From Chitinophagales bacterium (GTDB lineage: Bacteria > Bacteroidota > Bacteroidia > Chitinophagales > LD1), in the NCBI GenBank assembly GCA_016787045.1, contig JAEUVA010000024.1:33618-97617 (forward strand): DNA of 64,000 nt, in the 5' to 3' direction. Each line of letters starts with the position of its first letter. Within the stretch, counting starts at the first letter, position 1. The position numbers and the translations under genes were made by a program. Positions 28,668-37,808 of the stretch are shown here, piece after piece. The notes beneath the pieces were generated by a model. It did no database searches. It had not been told where the DNA came from and saw only the letters and a program-made list of their open reading frames with translations.

Positions 28668-30548
28668 TTATCTATTAACGCAAACTATGCGCTGTTTGGT
28701 TGCACCATATTTGCCCAAAATATGCAGTGTGTAAACGCCTGCCACTAAGTTTGGTGTTGTTAACTGTATCACATTCGTACCGGTATTTATTTGACCGGTT
28801 TGATGGCGAAAAATATCTCTACCGTTGGCATCTGTTATTATGGTGGTTATTATATCTAGTTGTTGTATATCTACCATCACCTGAAACTCATCCACAAATG
28901 GATTTGGTAATATTTGTACCACTGTAATGTTTTTTGTACTCAATTCATATATTCCTGCAACTAATGGCATAGGTGCTAATGGCGGATAAGTATCGGATGG
29001 CAATGCAGATTGATTGCAGGCGTTTAACCACGTTTCTCCATCATTTACGCAGTAATGGTTGATTTCTGAAACAGTAAACTGTTGGGTAGCAATATCGCTC
29101 ACGTACACAAAATCGGCTTGTGTTTTTTGGGGCTTGATGTCTAACATATAATAACCGTGCCGTACCAACTCAACATAACGCACATGTGGTGCCAGCGTAC
29201 TGATAACCGGTGCTGTAATTAACGGAGGCAACTCGTTGCCGGAAGTAATGCTGGGGGCTACAAATTCTACTCCAACAGAGGCGGTGCGGTTGCTGGTATC
29301 ATAGGCAGGCAATGGCAAGTCATTTGCCCAAGCGGTATGGATATCTCCGGTAAGCACCACTACATTTTTTATAGAATCAATTTTTACAATATCATAAAAG
29401 TGCTGCCGCTCGTAGGGGTATCCATCCCATTGGTCGCCATTTACAATAAAGGGAGTTGCGCCCAATACTCCAGCGGGTATCACTAATGGAGCCATCATGA
29501 CTTGCTGGCCAAGTATTTGCCACTTGGCGGTAGAGTTTTTGAGATTGTTTTCTAACCAGCCGAACTGCACAGGACCCACCATGGTACGGGCACTATCGTT
29601 GAGTGTAGCATCTGTAATAGAAACTGTTGTGCCTGCTTGTCGCGAGCGGTCGTACAGGCGGGTGTCTATCATGTGCAAGTCAGCTAAGTTGCCCCAGGTA
29701 AATTTTCGGAAAATCCGGTAGGGATCTGTGCTATCGGGCTGGCGAACGGGCATCCACTCGTTATATGCTTTTATGGCGTTGGCTTTTCGATTTGCCCATA
29801 GACCGTCATTTACATTATGATTTTTTGCACTGTCAGTATAAGAGTTATTGGCGGTTTCGTGGTCGTCCCACACACATATCCACGGGTACTGCTGGTGGGC
29901 GGCTTGCAGGTCGGGGTCTAAGTGATAGAGCGATTGCCGGATGCGGTAATCCATGGCCGTGGTTGTTTTTTTGTTGGGCACATGGTAGCGTTCGCCCACC
30001 GGGTTGTTGTCTGCAGCATCTTCGTACGTGTAATCGCCCAGAAATAGTACCGCATCAATATCGTTGCGCTGAGCCAAATGTCGGTGAGCATTGTAAAAAC
30101 CGCTTTGGTAATCTTGGCAACTGGCTACAGCAAACCGGATGTTGGAAACATTTCCAACGGGCAAAGTGCGCGTACGTCCAATTACCGAGTGAAATGTATC
30201 GTAAGTAAACCGATAATAGTACCAAGTATTGGGCTGGAGATTTTGTACATCAACTTTTATGGTGTAATCTACGCTACTGTCTGTGCCTGCCACACCATTT
30301 TGCACTGCCTGCGATAAATTGACATCCGCAAAAATTTCCCACCCCACAGATGCAGATGTGATTAATGAATCTAATGTAATCCGGCTCCAAATAATAACGC
30401 TGTTGGCTTGTGGATCGCCTGATGCTACGCCATGATAAAACGGATACATGTCAGGATTTAGACCTGAACGAGTGCCAAAAGAATGTACTTGAGAGTATGA
30501 TGAGTAGAGTAGCAATGCGCATGCAAAGGAGGATAAAGCTTTATACAT
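28668..30548 (-). CDS. phoD: Alkaline phosphatase D with T9SS type A CTD
   Basis: FYHGVASGDP, GRTRTLP, LGDYTYE, WDDHE, DTR, DQWDGYP.ER, LTGDIH; CTD ILPNPF...AGVYTL. Confidence 0.9.
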   Translation of the reverse strand: MYKALSSFACALLLYSSYSQVHSFGTRSGLNPDMYPFYHGVASGDPQANSVIIWSRITLDSLITSASVGWEIFADVNLSQAVQNGVAGTDSSVDYTIKVDVQNLQPNTWYYYRFTYDTFHSVIGRTRTLPVGNVSNIRFAVASCQDYQSGFYNAHRHLAQRNDIDAVLFLGDYTYEDAADNNPVGERYHVPNKKTTTAMDYRIRQSLYHLDPDLQAAHQQYPWICVWDDHETANNSYTDSAKNHNVNDGLWANRKANAIKAYNEWMPVRQPDSTDPYRIFRKFTWGNLADLHMIDTRLYDRSRQAGTTVSITDATLNDSARTMVGPVQFGWLENNLKNSTAKWQILGQQVMMAPLVIPAGVLGATPFIVNGDQWDGYPYERQHFYDIVKIDSIKNVVVLTGDIHTAWANDLPLPAYDTSNRTASVGVEFVAPSITSGNELPPLITAPVISTLAPHVRYVELVRHGYYMLDIKPQKTQADFVYVSDIATQQFTVSEINHYCVNDGETWLNACNQSALPSDTYPPLAPMPLVAGIYELSTKNITVVQILPNPFVDEFQVMVDIQQLDIITTIITDANGRDIFRHQTGQINTGTNVIQLTTPNLVAGVYTLHILGKYGATKQRIVCVNR

Positions 30549-30663
30549 ATAAAGGGGATATTTAGAGCAATGTAAAAATTTGAACTTAAAATTTGATAAG
30601 AACAATCAACGTTTCATTTGCACAACTCCCAACTCTTCGCTATTCGTCTATTTTAGCCCCATC

Positions 30664-32688
30664 ATGCAATTTGTCTATCCGTGGTTTTTGTGGGCTTTAG
30701 CGGCCATCAGCATACCGGTCATTATTCACCTGTTCAATTTTCGCAGGTACAAAACGGTGTATTTCAGCAACGTAAAGTTTTTGAAAGAAGTACAACAAGA
30801 AACTACCTCGCGCAACCGATTGAAGCATCTGTTAGTATTGGCCGCACGTGTATTAGCTATCATTTTTTTAGTTTTGGCCTTTGCACAACCCTATCTGCCC
30901 GGGCAAAAAAATACCAGTGCAGCCGGCAAAAAAGCCGTGAGTATATATGTAGATAATTCGTTTAGTATGAATGCCACCGGCAGTGGCACCAATTTGTTGG
31001 ATAAAGCAAAACTTACCGCCAAAGAAATAGCCAACAGCTATGGCGCTGCCGATGAATTTCAACTACTCACCAATGATTTTGAAGGCAAACACCAGCGCAT
31101 GGTCAGCCGCGATGAGTTTTTGAGTATGTTGCAAGAGGTGGAGCTATCGCCAACTTCCAGAAACCTCAAAGATATAGCACAGCGACAAAGTGCGGCACTC
31201 TACCAAACCGGAGAGCAAAATAAAATGGTCTATCTCCTCAGCGATTTTCAACAGCACATGGGCACTCTGCAACCCGATAGTGCCATTAGCTATAATTTAG
31301 TTCCTTACAAAGCCGATGAGCAAGCCAATTTGTTTATTGACTCTGCATGGTTCAACGAGCCGGTACAAATCTTTAACAGAACGGCCACGCTGATGGTAAA
31401 AGTGAGCAACAGTGGTGATAACGCTGCCGAAAATGTTCGGCTCTCTTTCAAACTCAACGGCCAAACCAAGAGCATGAACGAGCTAACCATACAGCCGGGT
31501 AGTTTTGTGGTAGATACGTTCTCGTTTTTGCTCAACCAGCCAAATTGGAATAAAGCAGAACTAACCATTAGCGACCAGCCCATAGTTTTTGATGATAGCT
31601 ATTACTTGGCTTTTAATGTGCACGAAAAGATAAATGTGCTGTGTATCAACAACGGAGTAAGTAACAAATACATAGACGCATTTTTCTCTAACAAACAAGA
31701 GTTTCAATACACCACCGTTGCAGAGAGCGGTTTTCAGGGGGATATGCTTAACGATGCACAGTTTTTGGTTTTAGAAAACCTGCCCTCAATTTCGTCAACC
31801 TTAGCCACAGCAGCCAATAAATTTTGTGCCGAAGGCGGAAGCGTAGCTCTTTTTACGGCAACTGCCGCAGAAACAGAATCGTATAACCGGCTACTCAATA
31901 GTATGCGGGCAAACTCTATCACCGGGTTTACTGAACAGCCGCAGGAGGTAGCCGGCATCAATGTACAGGAGAATGTATTTAAAGATGTGTTTGACAAGGT
32001 GCCTCAAAACATGAATTTGCCTATAGCAAAAAAGTACTACACCTTCACCACCTCATCAGCCACCACCGAAGCCCCCATTTTGACCCTCAAAGATGGATCG
32101 TCTTTTTTAAGCAGTTACCGCAACGGGGAGGGTTGTTTTTATGTGTGTGCATCGCCATTGAGCAAAGAGTACAGCGACCTACCGGTACATGCCCTTTTTG
32201 TGCCACTCTTATACAAGATGAGTATCGGTTCGTTGGGCAAAAATGTAATTGCCACATTTGCCGGAAGCACTGAACGGGTAGAAGTAGCCGGTACACCGGG
32301 CAGCAAAGAGGCCGTATATAAAGTTAGCGGGCAGGGAATAGAGTTTATTCCCGAGCAATATGCCTCAGGCAACAAAGTGCTGCTGGGTATCAGTGAGCAG
32401 ATAAAAAAGGCAGGGTTTTACACGGTTAGCAACAACATGGCCAGCGAAACACAAACCATAGCTATTAATTTTAATCGTAAAGAATCGGTACTAAAGTTTT
32501 TTGATGCGGCCCAGTTGCAACAACAATACTTGGGCAATAATATACATATAGTAAACGGAGCCGGAGCCAATGTGGCAAGTGTTGTTAGCGAATTGCACCG
32601 CGGTACTTCTCTCTGGAAATGGTGCATTATGGCTGCCCTCATTTTTTTGGCTACAGAAATTCTTCTGCTCCGATTCTGGAAAACCTAA
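30664..32688 (+). CDS. BatA-type N-terminal double-TM + VWA domain protein
   Basis: MQF.YP.FLW.L..I.IPVIIHLFNFRR....F, LAFAQP, MIDAS DNSFS, LSDFQ, NFNRKES, C-terminal LW...E..L TM. Confidence 0.85.
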   Translation: MQFVYPWFLWALAAISIPVIIHLFNFRRYKTVYFSNVKFLKEVQQETTSRNRLKHLLVLAARVLAIIFLVLAFAQPYLPGQKNTSAAGKKAVSIYVDNSFSMNATGSGTNLLDKAKLTAKEIANSYGAADEFQLLTNDFEGKHQRMVSRDEFLSMLQEVELSPTSRNLKDIAQRQSAALYQTGEQNKMVYLLSDFQQHMGTLQPDSAISYNLVPYKADEQANLFIDSAWFNEPVQIFNRTATLMVKVSNSGDNAAENVRLSFKLNGQTKSMNELTIQPGSFVVDTFSFLLNQPNWNKAELTISDQPIVFDDSYYLAFNVHEKINVLCINNGVSNKYIDAFFSNKQEFQYTTVAESGFQGDMLNDAQFLVLENLPSISSTLATAANKFCAEGGSVALFTATAAETESYNRLLNSMRANSITGFTEQPQEVAGINVQENVFKDVFDKVPQNMNLPIAKKYYTFTTSSATTEAPILTLKDGSSFLSSYRNGEGCFYVCASPLSKEYSDLPVHALFVPLLYKMSIGSLGKNVIATFAGSTERVEVAGTPGSKEAVYKVSGQGIEFIPEQYASGNKVLLGISEQIKKAGFYTVSNNMASETQTIAINFNRKESVLKFFDAAQLQQQYLGNNIHIVNGAGANVASVVSELHRGTSLWKWCIMAALIFLATEILLLRFWKT

Positions 32689-32690
32689 AG

Positions 32691-33659
32691 TTATTTTTTC
32701 AGAAGCTTTTGGCACTGTCCATCGCTACATAACAGGTATATACCGTTTGAAAGATTAGTGGTGTTCAACTCATACCTGTTTGATGTGGCTGTCTCGCTCA
32801 GCACCAATTCTCCTAAAGATGAGTATAGTTTCAACTGTTTACCCGCTGCATTTGTTATAGTCACTAAACCAGAAAACGGATTAGGAAAAATTTGTAGGTT
32901 ACTTCCTGCAACAAATCCATCTGCCAAAGAAGTAACTGTGGCTTTTGAAGAGGCAGCATTCCACACTTCTTTAGTGTCTGTTTTGGAGAGAATAGCTATA
33001 GTGCGCAAGTTGCTCAAATTCCATCCTGCGGCAGCTTTGTAATGAAAGATAAATGACATTGAATCATTAACCAAAGGCAGCGGAATCAAATTGCCTTCAT
33101 TGCCATTTAGTGCTTTTCTGAAAACATCATGGTGTATATTTTCGCCATTAGGGGCGTTGTAATTGATGGGCTCTTCGGCCACTGCCACATATAGTTTTGC
33201 AGCGCTTACTCCGGCACTCACAGTAGTTTTAATTAGCACCGTAACAACAGCAGAGTCCGCAGTTATCCATTCATCACTCACCGAAATGGCAAACGGAGTA
33301 AGTTGATTCAATGTAGTATCAATAGTGGTGGTATTAATTGCCGGGTTTGCACTTGGTAATACTTTGCCATTGAGCACAAACCGAGGGGTAGCGCCATAGA
33401 TGCCATAATGGTTGGTGCGCCCGTCATTCTCTGAAACATTTTGCTGACTAAAGAAACAATTGCTATAGGGCGAGCTAGGGTGGTAAGCAATGTGCAGCAC
33501 CTTAGGGTAGTTATTCAATACCCCATAAAAACCTGGGTTTCGCGAAGCGCAAATACTACACCGCGTATTGGTAAAGTGTTCTATCACATTGGTACGTACT
33601 ACTTGTGCAAACAAATGGCAGGTCTGTACAACAGAAAAGAAAATGAATATCCAGCGCAT
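32691..33659 (-). CDS. Omp28-related thioredoxin-fold protein with T9SS type A CTD
   Basis: EHFTNTRCSIC (CxxC), YH, G.P...NG, H.DVFRK; CTD IFPNP...GIYLL...KLLKK. Confidence 0.75.
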   Translation of the reverse strand: MRWIFIFFSVVQTCHLFAQVVRTNVIEHFTNTRCSICASRNPGFYGVLNNYPKVLHIAYHPSSPYSNCFFSQQNVSENDGRTNHYGIYGATPRFVLNGKVLPSANPAINTTTIDTTLNQLTPFAISVSDEWITADSAVVTVLIKTTVSAGVSAAKLYVAVAEEPINYNAPNGENIHHDVFRKALNGNEGNLIPLPLVNDSMSFIFHYKAAAGWNLSNLRTIAILSKTDTKEVWNAASSKATVTSLADGFVAGSNLQIFPNPFSGLVTITNAAGKQLKLYSSLGELVLSETATSNRYELNTTNLSNGIYLLCSDGQCQKLLKK

Positions 33660-33697
33660 AAAGAATTGTTTAATTTGTGAGTGAAAATAAGAACATA

Positions 33698-34330
33698 GTG
33701 TACATACCACCGCACTTCAAGCTTGAAGATAAAATACAGATAGCTCAATTGATTGAGCAAAATAGTTTTGGCACCTTAGTTAGCGCACACAATAACATAC
33801 CCGTGGCCACACACATACCACTGGAGTTAAATACGACAGATTCAGAAAACTGGATTTTGTATGGCCACATGGCAAAAGCCAATCCGCAATGGAAACAGTT
33901 TGTTACCGGCACCGAAGTATTGGCCATGTTTTTAGGGGCGCATAGTTATATTTCTCCCTCGTGGTACACAGCACCTAACGTGCCTACATGGAACTATCTG
34001 GCCGCGCACCTGTATGGTACTCTTCGCATGCTTGAAGGCGAGGAACTGGAGAACCTGCTGCAAATGCAAATGAAGCGATATGAACAGATGCTGGCTAATA
34101 AACCTCAACCTTATGAAGCAATACCTGCACATACGCTTGAAAAGGACTTAAAGGGTGTGGTGGGTTTTGCTATTCGGGTGACCAAAGTGGAGGCCACCCA
34201 AAAACTATCTCAAAACAGAGACAACCAAAGCAAGCAAAACATCGTAAATGAGTTGAAAAATCAAAGATCATATGGCGCACCGCAAATAGCTGCTGAGATG
34301 GGAAAGCTACTTGACCCCAACAAAAAGTGA
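33698..34330 (+). CDS. paiB: FMN-binding PaiB-like protein (negative transcriptional regulator family)
   Basis: (M)YIP.HF, ATHIP, GHMAKANPQW, HSYISPSWY, VPTWNY, KLSQN; probable GTG start at 33698. Confidence 0.85.
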   Translation: MYIPPHFKLEDKIQIAQLIEQNSFGTLVSAHNNIPVATHIPLELNTTDSENWILYGHMAKANPQWKQFVTGTEVLAMFLGAHSYISPSWYTAPNVPTWNYLAAHLYGTLRMLEGEELENLLQMQMKRYEQMLANKPQPYEAIPAHTLEKDLKGVVGFAIRVTKVEATQKLSQNRDNQSKQNIVNELKNQRSYGAPQIAAEMGKLLDPNKK

Positions 34331-34400
34331 AAAATAAATTTGCACGGTATTTATGTGTTTGTACATTTATGGCCTGATTCAACTAACTAAAAACGGCAAC

Positions 34401-34922
34401 ATGAAAAAACTCTTTACAATTTTAGCTGTAGTGGCTGCCCCGGTGTTCATGAGCGCACAATCGCTCACACCAACTGTAATTGCCAGTACTGGCGGCTTTG
34501 CACAAAATGCCAACGGCAGTTTGTCTTACACCGTAGGCGAAATGACTATGGTACAAACTTTTTCTGCTAACGGAAACATACTTACACAAGGTTTCCAACA
34601 ACCTAACGACATCACCATTGGGCTAATAGATATTACCAAAGATGCTTTTGGCTCTTTTGTAGTATACCCTAACCCAGCCGTTGACAATTTGTTTTTTGGC
34701 TTTCAGTTTCCTGAGGCAGGTACTGTAAAGGTGGCTTTGTATGATGTGCTTGGTCAAAAATTAGGTGACATTTACTCTGCAGAGTACAGCACCGGAAAAA
34801 CCGTTGACGGATTTGCGGTGAACAACATGGCAGCTGGCATGTACTACCTCTCACTAAACTTTACTTCGGCTACCACCGGTAAAGAGTATGTGAGCACTAA
34901 GCCATTCCAAGTTATCAACTAA
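34401..34922 (+). CDS. Small T9SS type A cargo (short N-domain + CTD)
   Basis: Signal peptide, VIASTGG...LSYTVGE...LTQGFQQP, then CTD VYPNP...YDVLGQ...AGMYYL. Confidence 0.8.
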   Translation: MKKLFTILAVVAAPVFMSAQSLTPTVIASTGGFAQNANGSLSYTVGEMTMVQTFSANGNILTQGFQQPNDITIGLIDITKDAFGSFVVYPNPAVDNLFFGFQFPEAGTVKVALYDVLGQKLGDIYSAEYSTGKTVDGFAVNNMAAGMYYLSLNFTSATTGKEYVSTKPFQVIN

Positions 34923-34943
34923 TTCATTTCTTATCTAAACATT

Positions 34944-34969
34944 GCCGCAGCCCTGTCTGCGGCTTTTTT
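34944..34969 (+). terminator. Hairpin + U-tract between the small T9SS gene and the collagen-like gene
   Basis: GCCGCAG-CCCTGT-CTGCGGC-TTTTTT. Confidence 0.6.
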
Positions 34970-35004
34970 GTCATACCTAAACCAAAATTTAAACTCAAAA
35001 GCAC

Positions 35005-37125
35005 ATGAAAAAGTTATTACTCTTTTTAGTTGCAGCAGCTACGTTTATCACGTCAGCAAACGCACAGGCCCCACAAGGCATGAACTATCAAGCCATAGTT
35101 CGCAGTTCAACAGGTGCACCGGTTACTACCGGCACTGTACGTTTTCGTTTTACCATCCGCGATGGCTCACCTACTGGCTCAGCCGTATTTCAAGAATCAC
35201 AAACCGCTAACCCTAATCAGTTTGGTTTGGCTAATGTGGTTATTGGTACTGGCGGTGGCAACTTAGCTACTGTTAACTGGGGCAATGGTTCAAAATATTT
35301 ACAAGTAGAGTTAGACGTAACCGGTGGTACTAACTACACCGATATGGGTACTACTCAATTAATGAGCGTTCCTTACGCACTATTTGCCGGGAATGCCGGT
35401 GGCGCTACAGGCCCACAAGGTCCTACCGGTCCACAAGGCCCGGCCGGTAACGATGGTGCACCAGGCTCAGCAGGCCCAGCAGGTCCTACCGGTGCAGCAG
35501 GCGCTACTGGTGCAGCCGGAAATGACGGAGCTACTGGAGCAACTGGTGCTACAGGCCCACAAGGAGCCACAGGAGCTACAGGTTCAGGCGGTGGTGCTAC
35601 TGGCGCTACAGGTGCTACTGGCCCTACTGGTGCTGCTGGAGCAACAGGTAGCGCAGGTGCTACTGGTGCAGCAGGTGCTACCGGTGCCACAGGTGCAGTT
35701 GGTGCTACCGGTGCCACAGGTGCCACCGGTGCGGGTGCTACCGGTGCCACAGGTGCCACAGGCCCTGCCGGAAGCGGCACGGTAAGCGGTACATTAAACA
35801 CTGTGGCTAAGTTTACCCCTAACGGTACTTCTGTAGGCAACTCTCAAATTACTGATGATGCTACAACAGTATCAGTAGGCACACCGTTTACGGGTGTTGG
35901 GCTGGTGCATGTGGCTGGTGGGGTATCTACTAACAGTGCTGGCGGAGCGGGTTTCTACACCTATCAAACAGGAGTATTTAAAGGGGGTATGGAATTATTT
36001 GCCGGAGGGTATGACATCTATACAGATGCTACCACGCCAATTACATTTAGTCCTGGTGGTGGTTCTGAGCGCGCTCGCATTACACCAACCGGAGATGTAG
36101 GTATAGGCACTGCTGCACCAGGTGCTAAACTTGAAGTAGCGGGTCAGGTAAAAATAACCGGAGGCGCTCCGGGGGCAGGTAAAGTTTTAACTTCAGACGC
36201 AACCGGTTTAGCTACATGGGAAACTCCAGCAGCGGGTGGTGGTCAATGGATAACCAGTGGCAACAACATTTACAATGCTAATACTCAGTCTGTAGGTGTG
36301 GGCATCGCCACTCCAAGTGCAGTACACAAATTGCATGTGGTTGGTACTGACACTGCTGCAATTTATGGTGTATATAATGGTACTTTGAATGGTAAAACCG
36401 CAATTCATGGACACAATGCTTATGCTACTTTCACCGGTAGCGGAAACAACATTGGTGTGTTGGGTACTTACAACACAGCCGTTTACGGTACAGGTGTGGC
36501 TGGTATTGGTTTCACCGGTACTAAGCCGGCTAACGGTTTAGATATTGGCGTGTATGGCTCGGCTTCCATTGGTGGTTATTTTAAAGGGTCAACCGCTATA
36601 CGTGCAGAAGGTGTAGTAACCATTGTGGATGGTACACAAGGTGCCGGCAAAGTGTTAACTTCTGATGCTAACGGAAACGCTTCTTGGCAAACGCCAAGTG
36701 GTGGTGGCGGAGGCGGCACTGCCGTAACTGCTGCTTCATTTAGCGGATTTGCGGGAAGCAGCATTGCATCTGGCTCAACAGCATACGTTTTTGCAGGTCC
36801 AACAACCACAGTTACTATTACTTCTACCACTCAGCGAATTGTGGCTTCTGCCTCAGCAAATTTGGGAATGACTACAGGCAGCACAAATGCTGATATCGGT
36901 ATTTGTTACCAATTAGGAGCAGGAGCAATCACTAACTTTGTTGGAATCAACTACATAACAATGGCGCTGAATTCTACAACAACAGGCACTGTATCTGCTG
37001 ATGGCAGCATTACCGGTTTAGCTCCGGGTACTTACACCATTGGCTTAGGTATAAGAAATAGTGGAGCAGGTGCAATTAACAATAACGACTATGTTAATGG
37101 TTGGGTTATGGTGATTGGAAATTAA
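35005..37125 (+). CDS. Secreted collagen-like / tail-fibre-like trimeric surface protein without a T9SS CTD
   Basis: Signal peptide; [13 protein letters not shown]...SVPYALFA N-domain; about 40 Gly-X-Y triplets; G.VGIG...P..KL.V.G and [15 protein letters not shown] repeats; beta-rich C-terminal head. Confidence 0.8.
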   Translation: MKKLLLFLVAAATFITSANAQAPQGMNYQAIVRSSTGAPVTTGTVRFRFTIRDGSPTGSAVFQESQTANPNQFGLANVVIGTGGGNLATVNWGNGSKYLQVELDVTGGTNYTDMGTTQLMSVPYALFAGNAGGATGPQGPTGPQGPAGNDGAPGSAGPAGPTGAAGATGAAGNDGATGATGATGPQGATGATGSGGGATGATGATGPTGAAGATGSAGATGAAGATGATGAVGATGATGATGAGATGATGATGPAGSGTVSGTLNTVAKFTPNGTSVGNSQITDDATTVSVGTPFTGVGLVHVAGGVSTNSAGGAGFYTYQTGVFKGGMELFAGGYDIYTDATTPITFSPGGGSERARITPTGDVGIGTAAPGAKLEVAGQVKITGGAPGAGKVLTSDATGLATWETPAAGGGQWITSGNNIYNANTQSVGVGIATPSAVHKLHVVGTDTAAIYGVYNGTLNGKTAIHGHNAYATFTGSGNNIGVLGTYNTAVYGTGVAGIGFTGTKPANGLDIGVYGSASIGGYFKGSTAIRAEGVVTIVDGTQGAGKVLTSDANGNASWQTPSGGGGGGTAVTAASFSGFAGSSIASGSTAYVFAGPTTTVTITSTTQRIVASASANLGMTTGSTNADIGICYQLGAGAITNFVGINYITMALNSTTTGTVSADGSITGLAPGTYTIGLGIRNSGAGAINNNDYVNGWVMVIGN
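35401..35769 (+). repeat. Collagen Gly-X-Y repeat (GAT-dominated)
   Basis: 123 codons: 20 triplets, a GSGG break, 15 triplets, a GA break, 4 triplets; 9-nt DNA units such as GGTGCTACC/GGTGCCACA. Confidence 0.9.
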
Positions 37126-37146
37126 TCTGTATAGACAATTATTCGC

Positions 37147-37180
37147 AGAGGCCGCACCGAAAGGTGCGGCCTCTTTTTTT
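37147..37180 (+). terminator. Strong intrinsic terminator
   Basis: AGAGGCCGCACC-GAAA-GGTGCGGCCTCT followed by T-run. Confidence 0.88.
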
Positions 37181-37237
37181 GCGGTTAGCAATAGCATTTT
37201 TTTGGGGCAAACGCTAAGGCATCAGTAAAACTGACGA

Positions 37238-37732
37238 TTAATCGCTATAAGTAAAACTGAACTGCCCTTCACTCAACACCTTGGTGTTGCTGCCGTTGCT
37301 CTCGGCCACAACAGCACTAAAAGTGCCCGCAATTTTTTTAGTAGAGGGGTCAAACTCTGTAAAGTTAAGCACGCCCGGAGTGGCGTTTTGCGAGTAAAAT
37401 GTTTTGTCAAAATTGTTATTGCCGTAGCGCAAGATATTAGTGCCGTAGTTCAGTTCAATGGGGTTTAGTAAACTGTCCGGGTTGATGTAAAAATCAATTT
37501 CTACTTCGCCATAAAGTTTGCTGTTGTTTTGAAACTCTACCAGTTTGGTGCCTTTAACGGTAATGCGATTGCCATTGCGCTTTGCGCTACTGGTAGCTGC
37601 CGGAGCGTAAAACTCTTGCCCATCTAACTTAAAGCGGAAAGGAGCGGTGTTGAAATTTTCTTTTTTGCAGCCGGAGATCAAAAGTAGCAGGCAAGCAATT
37701 AGGAGTGGGCTATAACGTAGTTGGTGCATCAT
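37238..37732 (-). CDS. Hypothetical lipoprotein (DUF6252-like)
   Basis: Lipobox ISGC-KKE; F.LDG, G....T.FD.....I.GTF, ..EG.F end pattern. Confidence 0.6.
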   Translation of the reverse strand: MMHQLRYSPLLIACLLLLISGCKKENFNTAPFRFKLDGQEFYAPAATSSAKRNGNRITVKGTKLVEFQNNSKLYGEVEIDFYINPDSLLNPIELNYGTNILRYGNNNFDKTFYSQNATPGVLNFTEFDPSTKKIAGTFSAVVAESNGSNTKVLSEGQFSFTYSD

Positions 37733-37808
37733 GTAGATTTTGTATCCGCTAAAGTAACTGCCAAAGGGCAATTAACTGCGCCACTCCATCACCAAAACAC
37801 TGTCATTC

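Noticed and set aside
35373-35840. Pro/Val/Ala-rich antisense ORF and the frame-shifted ORF 35384-35785
   Set aside because: Both are by-products of the stop-free collagen repeat DNA.
35005-37125. Tail-fibre-like gene as evidence of a prophage
   Set aside because: It has a Sec signal peptide, and no integrase, terminase, capsid or other phage genes flank it.
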